Assembly: GCA_029210585.1 (NCBI GenBank)
Contig: JARGFP010000004.1
Location: 14,244 to 78,243 of the forward strand
Origin: Bacteroidales bacterium
GTDB taxonomy: Bacteria > Bacteroidota > Bacteroidia > Bacteroidales > GCA-2748055
DNA: 64,000 nt
Direction of reading: 5' to 3'
The position numbers and the translations under genes were made by a program. Every line of letters begins with the position of its first letter. Position 1 is the first letter of the stretch. Below the pieces are notes generated by a model. It was not told where the DNA came from, ran no database searches, and saw only the letters and a list, made by a program, of their open reading frames with translations. Below, one piece after another: positions 18,822 through 28,334 of this stretch.

Positions 18822-21800
18822 TTATAAGCTTAATTGTACTCCAATAATTACTGAGCGGGCATGCGGCAGTCTGCCATAGTCGATGCCCAGGAAATAAGGA
18901 TCATTCAGGAACATGGTCTCCGGGTCGTAACCTGAATAATTGGTAAATGTGACCAGGTTAGTACCGGTAAGGAAGACAACTGCCCCCTTATTCAGGCCCA
19001 AAAAGCGGTCTGCCTGATAACTTACCCTGAATTCCCTGAATCGCAGATAGGAGCCATCCTCGATCCAGCGATCAGAAAATACATTGTTTCCGGAGGGGTC
19101 CCCGATGGCAGCTCTTGGCAGATCAGCATCTGCAGCTCCCTCGGTCCAGCGATCAAGCACATCAGTACTCTGGTTGGCATAATTGTCCATGGAGACCATC
19201 TGGTGACGTACATAATTATATATGTCATTCCCCAGGCTGTATGTAAACAGCGCGTTGAATTCAAATTTCCCGACATTCAGGGTAGCACCAAATGATCCGA
19301 ACAGATCAGGATTTGGATCGCCAATGATCTGTTTGTCTGCATCATTGATCATGTTATTTTCGTCCACATCATCAAAAATGACATCTCCTCCCTTCATTGG
19401 GCGTCCGTTGGGTCCTGTGACGCCAGCCGCATCTGCATCAGAAGCATAGATTCCAAGTGTTTTGTAGCCATAAAATGCGTTTACCGGAGATCCCTCTGCA
19501 ACAACATATTCTGCTCCGAAAATCTCCCTGGTGAGGAATTCAGTATCCGGACTGATAAAATTCAGGGATGTGATCTTGCTCTCCTGTTTTGTCACAGATG
19601 CTTGCAGTTCGAGACTGGACTGGCCTATAAAAAAGCGTGCATCACCGCCAAATTCGAGTCCTGTAACCGACAGCGCTCCACCGTTGTCGTAATAGTTCGT
19701 AAATCCAAAATTATACGGGAGCTGCTGGTTAATGATCAGGTTATTCACACTGGAGATATAGTAGTCGACATGGAAATTCACCGCTCTTTTTGCCACTGAG
19801 ATATCCAGACCTGTATTGATTGTGGCTTTCTTTTCCACTTCCATATCTTCATTCGGTATGTAGTCAAGTACAGCAACACCAATATTATTATACCTTCTTC
19901 CTGTATATGTAAATTTTGACTGGTTATAGATATTGCTGTACATATTCCCTGTCACCGAATAAGAGGCCCTTAATTTCAGATCATTCAGCCAGGATGAGTT
20001 CTTCAGGAAATCTTCTGAACTCAGTCGCCATGCCCCGAACACCGAGGGATAAAAGTTGTACCTGTTCTGCTGATTAAAGGCAGAAGAACCATCATATGAG
20101 ATCGATGCTCTCAGGTAGTACTTATCCCTGACCTGGTATGCAAAATTCCCAAATAAGGAGACCCATTTCAATTCTCCCAGTTCACCATCACTGATCTTTA
20201 AATATTCATATTCTGCACCCTGTCCAAGACTGGTGAAATCATCCGAAGGGGTATTGAGGTCGATCCCGATTGTATTCTTATAGGAATTTGAGAGCAAGCG
20301 GGCCCCTGCCTGCAGGTTCAGTATATGGCCGGCAGCCATGTTTTTAGTATAGCTCAACGTGGTATGATTCTGCACTGAGCGGAATTCTGTTACCATGTCC
20401 TGCGGACTGTTTCTTGCAGAGTCGATCTGCACAACGCCGACATCGGGTATAAATACATTTACCCTGTCATTATTCACACTGGTCCCGACAACGTTGGAAA
20501 TTTTCAATTCGGGTGTAATTTCGACATCAAGCTTTACCGAGGTCAGCAACTGGAAGCTCCTTTGATAATCTTCGTTGTCATTCGAGATCAGCGCAACCGG
20601 ATTCGTCATGTTGAAAGTACCCACATCGTCGATCGGGTAAAGTTCTGCGCCCATTTCGCTCCTTTCATTCGGATACATCAGGGGTGGTTTCAGTAAAGCT
20701 GAAGTTACAGGATTGTGCTGCACGGTCGGACCACTGTTTGTCATATAGGCATCGGTCAGTGATATTTTAGTATGTGGTGTGATGGTGATCCTGTTCGTGA
20801 TATTGATCTGTCCGTTAAGCCGCAGGTTATACCTTGAGTACCTGTAGTTTTCAAGTGTACCGCCATGCCTCAGGAAGCCTGAGGATATATTGTATGTTGC
20901 GATATCATCTCCACCTTTGAGGAACAGGTAGTACTTCTGCAGGGATGCGGGCCGGAAGATCTCTCCCTGCCAATCGGTATTATTGTTGTATCTGTAGTAC
21001 TCCCTGGAGGATTTGTCACCATTCAACCATGGATACATCTGGTTGATCTGGGTATTGTCATACCCCTCGGACATCAGCAGATCAGAAAAATAGGATTTGT
21101 ACTGATCAGCATTCATCACATCAAGATGATTGGGTGCAAGTGCGATTCCACCATAAGCTTTCAAAAGAATGGATGCACTGGTTTCTTCTTTCTGTTCTGT
21201 ATTTACTGACAGGAAACCGTTCGACCCGACACTTCCAAGTTGCCCTTCTCCGGCTTTAATCACCGAGATATCGACTATATCATTGATATCGACTACATCC
21301 ATCGGGTTTAACAAGTGTCCCTCAAGTATATAATTGTTGGGGTAGTTCACCTCATGCATCATTCCGTCAACAAAAACGACCGGAACATTCCTTGCAAATA
21401 TCGAAGTGATTCCCCTGAGATTCATCCATGAACTGTGTCCGGGCATCCCGGAATGACCGATGATATGCAGACCCGGCACCTTTCCGCTCAGTGTCTGGTC
21501 CCATGAGGAAGCCGCAGAGTTTTCAATTTCAGACCTGGTCACTATTGACACGTTGTTGGTCGCATCCCTGAGCAGACCAGTACCGAAGGGAGAAATATAG
21601 ATCTCATCACTTGAGACATCACCCCTTCGGGTAAGATAGAAATTGATCTCCGTTCTGCCATGACTATAGGCTTCAAGTGTGTGATACCCGGGAAGATTGA
21701 CAAGGATCTTCTCGTTGTCCGATGGCAGTTCCAGTGTAAATGACCCGGATTCACCTGCGGCAGCAGATTCACCTGTAGATACAACGGAGACTACGGCTTG

Positions 21801-21944
21801 CTGAAGAGGTTCACCTGACCCGGATTGAAGTACCTTACCTGTTAAGATGACCCCCTGGTCCTGGGCCATGAGCCCCGAAATTCCCGGGGACAAAGCCAGG
21901 AATGCGATCAGCGTGTTCCGGACAGCTCTTTTTAAATTCATCAT
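18822..21944 (-). CDS. SusC/RagA-family TonB-dependent transporter (module 2)
   Basis: 1040-aa ORF with signal peptide ending LMAQ. CarboxypepD_reg-like segment ILTGKVLQSGSGEPLQQAVVSVV. Plug-like segment NLRGITSIFARNVPVVFVDG. Long beta-barrel region. A 9-bp gap separates it from the downstream SusD gene. Confidence 0.9.
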   Translation of the reverse strand: MMNLKRAVRNTLIAFLALSPGISGLMAQDQGVILTGKVLQSGSGEPLQQAVVSVVSTGESAAAGESGSFTLELPSDNEKILVNLPGYHTLEAYSHGRTEINFYLTRRGDVSSDEIYISPFGTGLLRDATNNVSIVTRSEIENSAASSWDQTLSGKVPGLHIIGHSGMPGHSSWMNLRGITSIFARNVPVVFVDGMMHEVNYPNNYILEGHLLNPMDVVDINDIVDISVIKAGEGQLGSVGSNGFLSVNTEQKEETSASILLKAYGGIALAPNHLDVMNADQYKSYFSDLLMSEGYDNTQINQMYPWLNGDKSSREYYRYNNNTDWQGEIFRPASLQKYYLFLKGGDDIATYNISSGFLRHGGTLENYRYSRYNLRLNGQINITNRITITPHTKISLTDAYMTNSGPTVQHNPVTSALLKPPLMYPNERSEMGAELYPIDDVGTFNMTNPVALISNDNEDYQRSFQLLTSVKLDVEITPELKISNVVGTSVNNDRVNVFIPDVGVVQIDSARNSPQDMVTEFRSVQNHTTLSYTKNMAAGHILNLQAGARLLSNSYKNTIGIDLNTPSDDFTSLGQGAEYEYLKISDGELGELKWVSLFGNFAYQVRDKYYLRASISYDGSSAFNQQNRYNFYPSVFGAWRLSSEDFLKNSSWLNDLKLRASYSVTGNMYSNIYNQSKFTYTGRRYNNIGVAVLDYIPNEDMEVEKKATINTGLDISVAKRAVNFHVDYYISSVNNLIINQQLPYNFGFTNYYDNGGALSVTGLEFGGDARFFIGQSSLELQASVTKQESKITSLNFISPDTEFLTREIFGAEYVVAEGSPVNAFYGYKTLGIYASDADAAGVTGPNGRPMKGGDVIFDDVDENNMINDADKQIIGDPNPDLFGSFGATLNVGKFEFNALFTYSLGNDIYNYVRHQMVSMDNYANQSTDVLDRWTEGAADADLPRAAIGDPSGNNVFSDRWIEDGSYLRFREFRVSYQADRFLGLNKGAVVFLTGTNLVTFTNYSGYDPETMFLNDPYFLGIDYGRLPHARSVIIGVQLSL

Positions 21945-22026
21945 GAAGTCAGTATTTAGTCGTTATTTTTTTCAAATATTTTGTCTGAGATATATTACAA
22001 CTCCAATGACCATCTCAGGGATTCAC

Positions 22027-23529
22027 CTAAACTTTGGGCGTAAATCTTACATAATCCCAGAATAGACCACCGGGCCTGACACTGACCAGGCGTATGGTAT
22101 GCCGCTCCGTTTCAGTGAAACTGACATCACCGAATTTAAGCGGACTTCCGCCCCAGGTTCCGTCCTCAAGATCTACGTTTCCAATTCGCTCGCCATCGAC
22201 GTAGACAGCCATTTCGGGGAAGCCGCTTCCCATGAAAAAGAAGCCTGACAATTCATAGTCGCCCTTCGGGACTTTCTTTGTGGTGATCTCTATCTCGAAA
22301 TGACCATTCATGTTCAGGCAGTCATCATCCATCAGGTTATGCGACGGTTTCAGGTAATACAACATGAACTCTCCTTCCCACTTGATAAATTCGAATGTGT
22401 TTTCACCATCATAGAACCGCTGATAGTAGTTCAGGTAATAAGGCCCCTGCTGAAGGTCAAAAAAGTCTGTAGTCTGGAAGATGATCGTCTGAGGATCTGG
22501 TGGTTTATTCTCCAGCAGCGTATTCACAGTATGGATGGCGCCGTTCTTGGCTGGAATATTGGACAGGTCATAATAGAATCCTGTAAAACTCGAATCTGTG
22601 GGATTGATCCTGTAATCGTCATCCACCTTGATATTCAGATTATTGTCAAATGTAATCAGGTAATAAATATCATTGGGTGCCAGGTCGTTAAAGTAATAGG
22701 TCTCATTCAGACAATGGTAGACCATATATTTGTACAGACCATTTTCAAGGGCAGTAAGATCTTCACTGTCGCTGTAACGGTCGATCAGGTCGTCTATGGA
22801 ATTTATGCCATGTCTCTGGTAAAGGGTATCCGGTACTGCCAGGAGTGTATAACGTGTACGCGCAGTTGCGGAGCCATACGGAAATTCGATGATATTGAGC
22901 GTGTCTGATAAACCGGTCACTTCCAGTCCATCCAGGAAGATCGAATATCCCGGATAGGTTGCCAGTTCTTCCACAACACTTCCCGTTACTGGTTCCAGGA
23001 CATGATCGATATGATGCACATACCCGTTGGAAGTTGGTATATCCCTTTTGATGATGATCGCTGTCTTGTTGATCAATATCTCGATCCCTGAGAATTCAGA
23101 CGCCACATAATCGCCCAGCCCATTCTTATAAAGCAATGCACCCTGCCCGATACTCCCGGCTGTGATCTGACCCTGGAACAGGTGATTGTATACCAGGTCT
23201 TCGAGCATCTCTTTGTCGATCTCTGTATATGATGAGACCTTTTTTGACTCGTAATATGCCCGCATGGCTTCGTCGGTGGGAAGCAGCAGTGTAAAAGGTC
23301 CCCTGACCCTCAGCAGGTTTTCGATGCCCGTATATTCAAGCAGGTTGCCAAACTCGCTGAATTGTTCAGGATTATTGTACACATAATCGGTGATCACCAT
23401 CTCTGTGGATTTAAGTTCCCACTCAATAACATCATCACCACATTGCACCATGAAGGTCATGATGGCCAATAAAACACCAAGCCTAAATGGGATGCTGTAC
23501 CACTGTTTCCTGTATCCTGTTGTTTCCAT
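22027..23529 (-). CDS. Fasciclin (FAS1) domain lipoprotein with an extra C-terminal beta-rich domain (module 2)
   Basis: 500-aa ORF with lipoprotein-like signal LAIMTFMVQCGDD. Two FAS1 units: FTLLLPTDEAMRAYY...VYNHLFQG...NGYVHHIDHVLEP and YTLLAVPDTLYQ...MVYHCLNE...NGAIHTVNTLLE. The C-terminal ~130 aa (GDYELSGFFFMG...LFWDYVRFTP) do not look like FAS1. Confidence 0.82.
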   Translation of the reverse strand: METTGYRKQWYSIPFRLGVLLAIMTFMVQCGDDVIEWELKSTEMVITDYVYNNPEQFSEFGNLLEYTGIENLLRVRGPFTLLLPTDEAMRAYYESKKVSSYTEIDKEMLEDLVYNHLFQGQITAGSIGQGALLYKNGLGDYVASEFSGIEILINKTAIIIKRDIPTSNGYVHHIDHVLEPVTGSVVEELATYPGYSIFLDGLEVTGLSDTLNIIEFPYGSATARTRYTLLAVPDTLYQRHGINSIDDLIDRYSDSEDLTALENGLYKYMVYHCLNETYYFNDLAPNDIYYLITFDNNLNIKVDDDYRINPTDSSFTGFYYDLSNIPAKNGAIHTVNTLLENKPPDPQTIIFQTTDFFDLQQGPYYLNYYQRFYDGENTFEFIKWEGEFMLYYLKPSHNLMDDDCLNMNGHFEIEITTKKVPKGDYELSGFFFMGSGFPEMAVYVDGERIGNVDLEDGTWGGSPLKFGDVSFTETERHTIRLVSVRPGGLFWDYVRFTPKV

Positions 23530-23555
23530 AACTTAATTCACTTAATCGTTAAATA

Positions 23556-25022
23556 TCACCTGTCGTAGAATGGATTCTGTTCCAGGTTCCTGTTGTACTG
23601 TATCTCATCCTGGTGAATCGGGAGGTAGTAGCTCATGGTATCAATCACCTTGGTCCTCATGATCGCCAGTTCCTGCGCATCAGAAGCCTTCCCAAGCAGG
23701 ATGTCAACAAGCCGCTGTTTGTCTTCAAAGCCATCTTTCTTCGCAAACCTCAAAACGTCGAACCACCTTTTGCCCTCACCGGCAAATTCGCGACCCCGTT
23801 CGGCAAGCAAAACATTTCTGAAATCATCAAGTGAGAAGGTCGGAATGTGGGTCACCCCTGCCCTTTCAGCAACGGTTGTGACAAGGTTGTTTGCATTCTC
23901 AAGATCACCCAGTTCAGCCAGTGCTTCAGCCTTCATCAGCAGGATGTCGGCATACCTGTAATAGATAAAATTCGCATCACGCTCATTATCCGTTCTCACC
24001 CTGAAACCCGCACCGGTCTCGTCGGTCCCCCGGTATTTCCAGATCGGCCCTCTTTTACGTAAGAACCTGATATCAGCAGTTACATTGTAAGCGATTTTTT
24101 CTATTGCTACATTGATCTGACTGAGCAGGCTGTAGTACATCGGGTTTTCCTGTCCCTCGAGATCGTCATCGTACTGGATTTCGAAGAGGCTTTCCGACAT
24201 GGAGTTGCCAGGATAATAGAGGTCGAACCAGTCTGTATTTGGTTCCAGCGAGAAGATCCCGGTATTGATCACTGAATCGCAATAGGTAACACATTCAGTA
24301 TATCTTTCCTGCCAGAGCAGTACATCAGCCAGCAGGGCCTGGATCGCGTATTTATTTGCTCTTCCCTTGTAATCGACCAGGTCACCCCTGAATTGGTCGG
24401 TAAATGCCAGCGCGCTTGCCCGCTTCAGATCATCGACCACCTGGTTCAGGACAACATTCTCCGGACTCTTTGGAATGTAAAAGCCAACCGTATCTGAGAT
24501 CGTTGGCTCAAGAACGAGCGGAACATCCTTCCAGATTCGCACCAGGTAGAAATAACTCAGTGACCTGAGGAAGAGCATTTCAGCTTCAATTCCCTCCAGT
24601 TCCCTGTTGGATATAGACTTGTCCACCTCCTGCATGAGAGGCGCATAGTACATGACTGTATTGGCCAGGTTGATGGTATTGTAGTAAGCTCCCCATCTGA
24701 CCACCCAGTTGGTTGATGATATATTGTTGTTACCGATCCTGCTGTAATCACTGAATTCGCCTCCGGCAACAGAAATGAAATCGGCTCTGACTTCTCCGAG
24801 CAGGAAGGATTTGATGGTGGTTTCCCGCATGGCATTATAGGTAGCTGCCATCACTGCCATCACATCATCACTGGTTTTCCAGAATTCCTGCTTGATCAGT
24901 TCACTTTCTGGTTCAATATTCAGCCAGTCATTACATCCGGTATGACCAATGATCATGATGGTTAGCAATACCGGTATTACGATCCTGAATTTTTTTGATA
25001 TTCTTTTCATAACGATTTGCAT
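23556..25022 (-). CDS. SusD/RagB-family outer-membrane lipoprotein (module 1)
   Basis: 488-aa ORF with lipoprotein signal LTIMIIGHTGCNDW. SusD hallmark REFAGEGKRWFDVLRFAKK. The start may be the internal MKRISKK. Confidence 0.9.
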   Translation of the reverse strand: MQIVMKRISKKFRIVIPVLLTIMIIGHTGCNDWLNIEPESELIKQEFWKTSDDVMAVMAATYNAMRETTIKSFLLGEVRADFISVAGGEFSDYSRIGNNNISSTNWVVRWGAYYNTINLANTVMYYAPLMQEVDKSISNRELEGIEAEMLFLRSLSYFYLVRIWKDVPLVLEPTISDTVGFYIPKSPENVVLNQVVDDLKRASALAFTDQFRGDLVDYKGRANKYAIQALLADVLLWQERYTECVTYCDSVINTGIFSLEPNTDWFDLYYPGNSMSESLFEIQYDDDLEGQENPMYYSLLSQINVAIEKIAYNVTADIRFLRKRGPIWKYRGTDETGAGFRVRTDNERDANFIYYRYADILLMKAEALAELGDLENANNLVTTVAERAGVTHIPTFSLDDFRNVLLAERGREFAGEGKRWFDVLRFAKKDGFEDKQRLVDILLGKASDAQELAIMRTKVIDTMSYYLPIHQDEIQYNRNLEQNPFYDR

Positions 25023-25036
25023 TATCCTTTGGCTGT

Positions 25037-28000
25037 TTAGAATGTGATGCTAAGTCCCAGGGTGTAACGAATACTCGGTGGTGTCCTGCTGTAGTCCTTC
25101 GGCAGCGAGTCGGGCCTTGAAGGAAGCGGTACTTCAGGGTCCTGCCCCGAGTAACTGGTCCACGTATACACGTTGTAGCCTGTAAGGTAAACCCGCATCT
25201 GCGAAAGATTCAGATTCCTTGAGATACTTTTCGGAAAGGTGTAGGAGACGGATGCTGACTTGAACCTGACATAGGATCCATCTTCAACGAACCGGCTTGA
25301 GCCGAGCCAGTTGAAACCTTCATTGTGCAGTGCCCGGGGCATGTTTGTTGAATCACCTGATGTACGCCATCTCCAGTTGGTTGCCTTGCTCTGGTTATCA
25401 TAGGTATACATGTTCTCCGTGTCCATTCTTGTCTGGTTGATCACTTCCTGGCCGACCCTGAAATAGAGGTGGAAGTTCACCACCAGGCCCTTGTACGAAA
25501 ATCTGGGTCCGAATCCTCCCATAAAATCGGGGTTGGTGTCTCCAAGGTAGAACAGATCGAGCTCATCAATTTTTCCATCAAAATTCCGATCCAGGTATTG
25601 GGCATCACCAGCTTCGAAAATATAGGATGAGGACCCACCCATGATCATCTGCATCGGTTCCGTCTGTCCAAGTTCATACATGATCTCTCCATCGGCATTC
25701 CGTACATAGGTAGCCTCTTCATTAGCGTATACACCCTGGAAATTATATCCGAAGAAACCTCCAATCGGGCTTCCGGGAACGATGGCGATCTTGTAATTTC
25801 CGTTGTCCAGCATGTTCCCGTATTCCGTACTAAAGTTTTCCGGCAATTGCAGGACTACGTTCTGGTTACGTGAGATGTTGAAATTGAAACTGAATTTGAA
25901 ATTCTCACCGTCCACTACCCGGTAATCCACCATGGCCTCTATCCCCTTGTTCTGTAATTTGCCGTCATTGGTATTGTAGCTGCTGAAACCTGTGCTGCTC
26001 GGGATGCCGGTATTCCTCAGGAAGAGATTGTGGGTGGTCTTGTCATATACATCAAATTCGACATTCAGCCTGTTGTTAAGCCCGTAAAATGAGAATCCCA
26101 GGTTCAGCTGTTCGATGTTCTCCCACCGAAGCCCGGTAAGTTCCATATTGTTGGGCCTCACACCTGCCATTTCCAGGTAGGAATACTGCACCCCTGCCCC
26201 ATACGTGTTGAAGTAGAGGTAGTTGTCTGTGGGAGCGTTGCCGGAGATCCCCCAACTGCCCCGTATTCTGAAATCGTTGATAAAGAACGCATTTTCCAGG
26301 AAGGACTCCTCGGAGATTCGCCATGCGGCAGTAACGGCAGGAAAGATCCCCCAACGCACTTGACTGCTGTATTTAGAATTCCCTTCAAGTTTAGCTCCGA
26401 CAGAGAAGATATACTTGTCCTGGAATTTGTAATAGGCATTCATAAAAGCACCGACAGAGCGGTACCTGGATGGCCAGGCCCACATTCCCCTGTTATTCTT
26501 ATCACCAACAATGGTATAATCATACTCCGAAAAGGCGTTGCTTGTCTCCACATGGAACCCACGTGTGGCCGACATCTCAGCATCAAGTTGCGTAAGTATC
26601 TTCAGGTCATGCGTCTCATTGACAATAGGTGTATAAATAAATTTCGAGATTGCGTAGATCGAAGATTTGTTGGTGAATTCATTGGTTGCGAGCCTGGTGA
26701 TGTTGTCGTAAAAATTATACCCTATCGCCTTGAAAGGAAGGAATTTTTCCATTTTTGAATCGAAGACATCCAGGGTAATGGTTGAATTCATTCTCAGTTT
26801 TTCGGTAATCCTGTAGTCCAGGTTGAACCCGGCCCGAAGGTTGTCCCTGTATCGCTTATGTCTTCCAAGATTCGCAAAAGCCACCGGGTTGACCATCTGC
26901 CGTGCAGTTCCCTGGAGCGTGTTCAACGGGGTGAAGTATTCATCATATACATTGTTGCTGGTGTCCCTTACATAGATGGACAGGTTTGGCATCTTCCGGT
27001 AAGCCATGGCCCGCAGACTCTTGTTTCCCGAATATTCTCCATCCTCGAAATCATAATTGGCATCCTGGTCGTAGCGTGTATACAGGATATCACTGGAGAA
27101 TTTCAGCTTCGAGGAGATCGTATAGTCAAATGCTGTTCCTATATTTAGTCTTTTCAACCTGGTACCAATTGTTGTACCTCCCTCATCCTGGTAACCGACA
27201 GAGAGTTTATAACCAGATTTTTCACCTCCGCCGCGCACCGAGAAGTGATGCTGCTGGGTAAATGCTTTCCTTGTAATTGCCTCTACCCAGTTAGTGTTCT
27301 GGGCATAGTTCCAGTACTCCTCCCAATCCTTGTCATAAGCAATCTCCCTGGAAGCCGGATCTGACTGGAAGAAGTTATTTCTCTCATCAAGATTATAATG
27401 TGATTCTGCAATCAGCCTGGCGTAACCTCCCCCGTCAAGCATCGGAATCGGGGCTGGCTCGTGGGCCCGGGTCAGTTTCGAAGTATATTCAAAGATCGGC
27501 TTCGAGCGGGTACCCCTTTTGGTTTTGATCATCAGGACACCATTGGAGGCCTTCGATCCCCAAATGGCTGTCGCTCCGGCATCCTTCAACACTTCGATCG
27601 ATTCAATGTCTTCCGGGGCCACATCTATCAGGTTACCGAATTTCTCCACATCAGCACTTCCAAAATCAAATCCCTCATCGATCTGGGTGTCGTAGGGTAT
27701 TCCATTGATCACGATGAGCGGACTGTTCCTGGCATTCAGTGTTGCTGTACCCCTGATCCGTATATTCAGACCTGCACCCGGGTCGCCGGAAACTGCTGAG
27801 ATATCGACATTACCGAGTCGTCCCTGGAGCATCTCCTCAACTGTGGTGGTCATACTGGAGTTCAGCCCTTCGAACTCGATCCTGGCCACCGATGTGGCAC
27901 GGTCCCTGATGGACTGGACTCCGTCGTTTCCCATCTTTTGACCGACCACAGTCACTTCATCCAGTTCCAACGAAGACTCACCCAGTTCAAGATCGATCCT

Positions 28001-28309
28001 TGTCCGGTTATTCACATCCACGATCTTCTTCTCAAAACCAAGCATTGAGTACTGGATACTTGCATTTCCTGAACTGACGCTGATCACATAGTTGCCGTTC
28101 AAATCGGTAATGGTCCCATTCAGGAATCTGCCATTCTTGTCGATCTCCACAATATTCACCCCCATGAGTGGTTCGTCATAGTCCGCGTCCATCACTGTTC
28201 CACTGACCACGAAATTTTGCGCGGAAAGATTTGCAGCTATGCCCAGGATAATGACCGCTAGCCAGAGTTTTGGTAGTAATTTGTTCATAGTCTGATGTTT
28301 GAAAAACAA
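25037..28309 (-). CDS. SusC/RagA-family TonB-dependent transporter (module 1)
   Basis: 1090-aa ORF with signal ending ANLSAQ. CarboxypepD_reg-like FVVSGTVMDADYDEPLMGVNIVE. Plug-like LNIRIRGTATLNARNSPLIVINGIPY...GSKASNGVLMIKTKRG. C-terminal aromatic residue in ...LGLSITF. Confidence 0.9.
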   Translation of the reverse strand: MFFKHQTMNKLLPKLWLAVIILGIAANLSAQNFVVSGTVMDADYDEPLMGVNIVEIDKNGRFLNGTITDLNGNYVISVSSGNASIQYSMLGFEKKIVDVNNRTRIDLELGESSLELDEVTVVGQKMGNDGVQSIRDRATSVARIEFEGLNSSMTTTVEEMLQGRLGNVDISAVSGDPGAGLNIRIRGTATLNARNSPLIVINGIPYDTQIDEGFDFGSADVEKFGNLIDVAPEDIESIEVLKDAGATAIWGSKASNGVLMIKTKRGTRSKPIFEYTSKLTRAHEPAPIPMLDGGGYARLIAESHYNLDERNNFFQSDPASREIAYDKDWEEYWNYAQNTNWVEAITRKAFTQQHHFSVRGGGEKSGYKLSVGYQDEGGTTIGTRLKRLNIGTAFDYTISSKLKFSSDILYTRYDQDANYDFEDGEYSGNKSLRAMAYRKMPNLSIYVRDTSNNVYDEYFTPLNTLQGTARQMVNPVAFANLGRHKRYRDNLRAGFNLDYRITEKLRMNSTITLDVFDSKMEKFLPFKAIGYNFYDNITRLATNEFTNKSSIYAISKFIYTPIVNETHDLKILTQLDAEMSATRGFHVETSNAFSEYDYTIVGDKNNRGMWAWPSRYRSVGAFMNAYYKFQDKYIFSVGAKLEGNSKYSSQVRWGIFPAVTAAWRISEESFLENAFFINDFRIRGSWGISGNAPTDNYLYFNTYGAGVQYSYLEMAGVRPNNMELTGLRWENIEQLNLGFSFYGLNNRLNVEFDVYDKTTHNLFLRNTGIPSSTGFSSYNTNDGKLQNKGIEAMVDYRVVDGENFKFSFNFNISRNQNVVLQLPENFSTEYGNMLDNGNYKIAIVPGSPIGGFFGYNFQGVYANEEATYVRNADGEIMYELGQTEPMQMIMGGSSSYIFEAGDAQYLDRNFDGKIDELDLFYLGDTNPDFMGGFGPRFSYKGLVVNFHLYFRVGQEVINQTRMDTENMYTYDNQSKATNWRWRTSGDSTNMPRALHNEGFNWLGSSRFVEDGSYVRFKSASVSYTFPKSISRNLNLSQMRVYLTGYNVYTWTSYSGQDPEVPLPSRPDSLPKDYSRTPPSIRYTLGLSITF

Positions 28310-28334
28310 TGCAAGTTAAACCTTAATATCACAT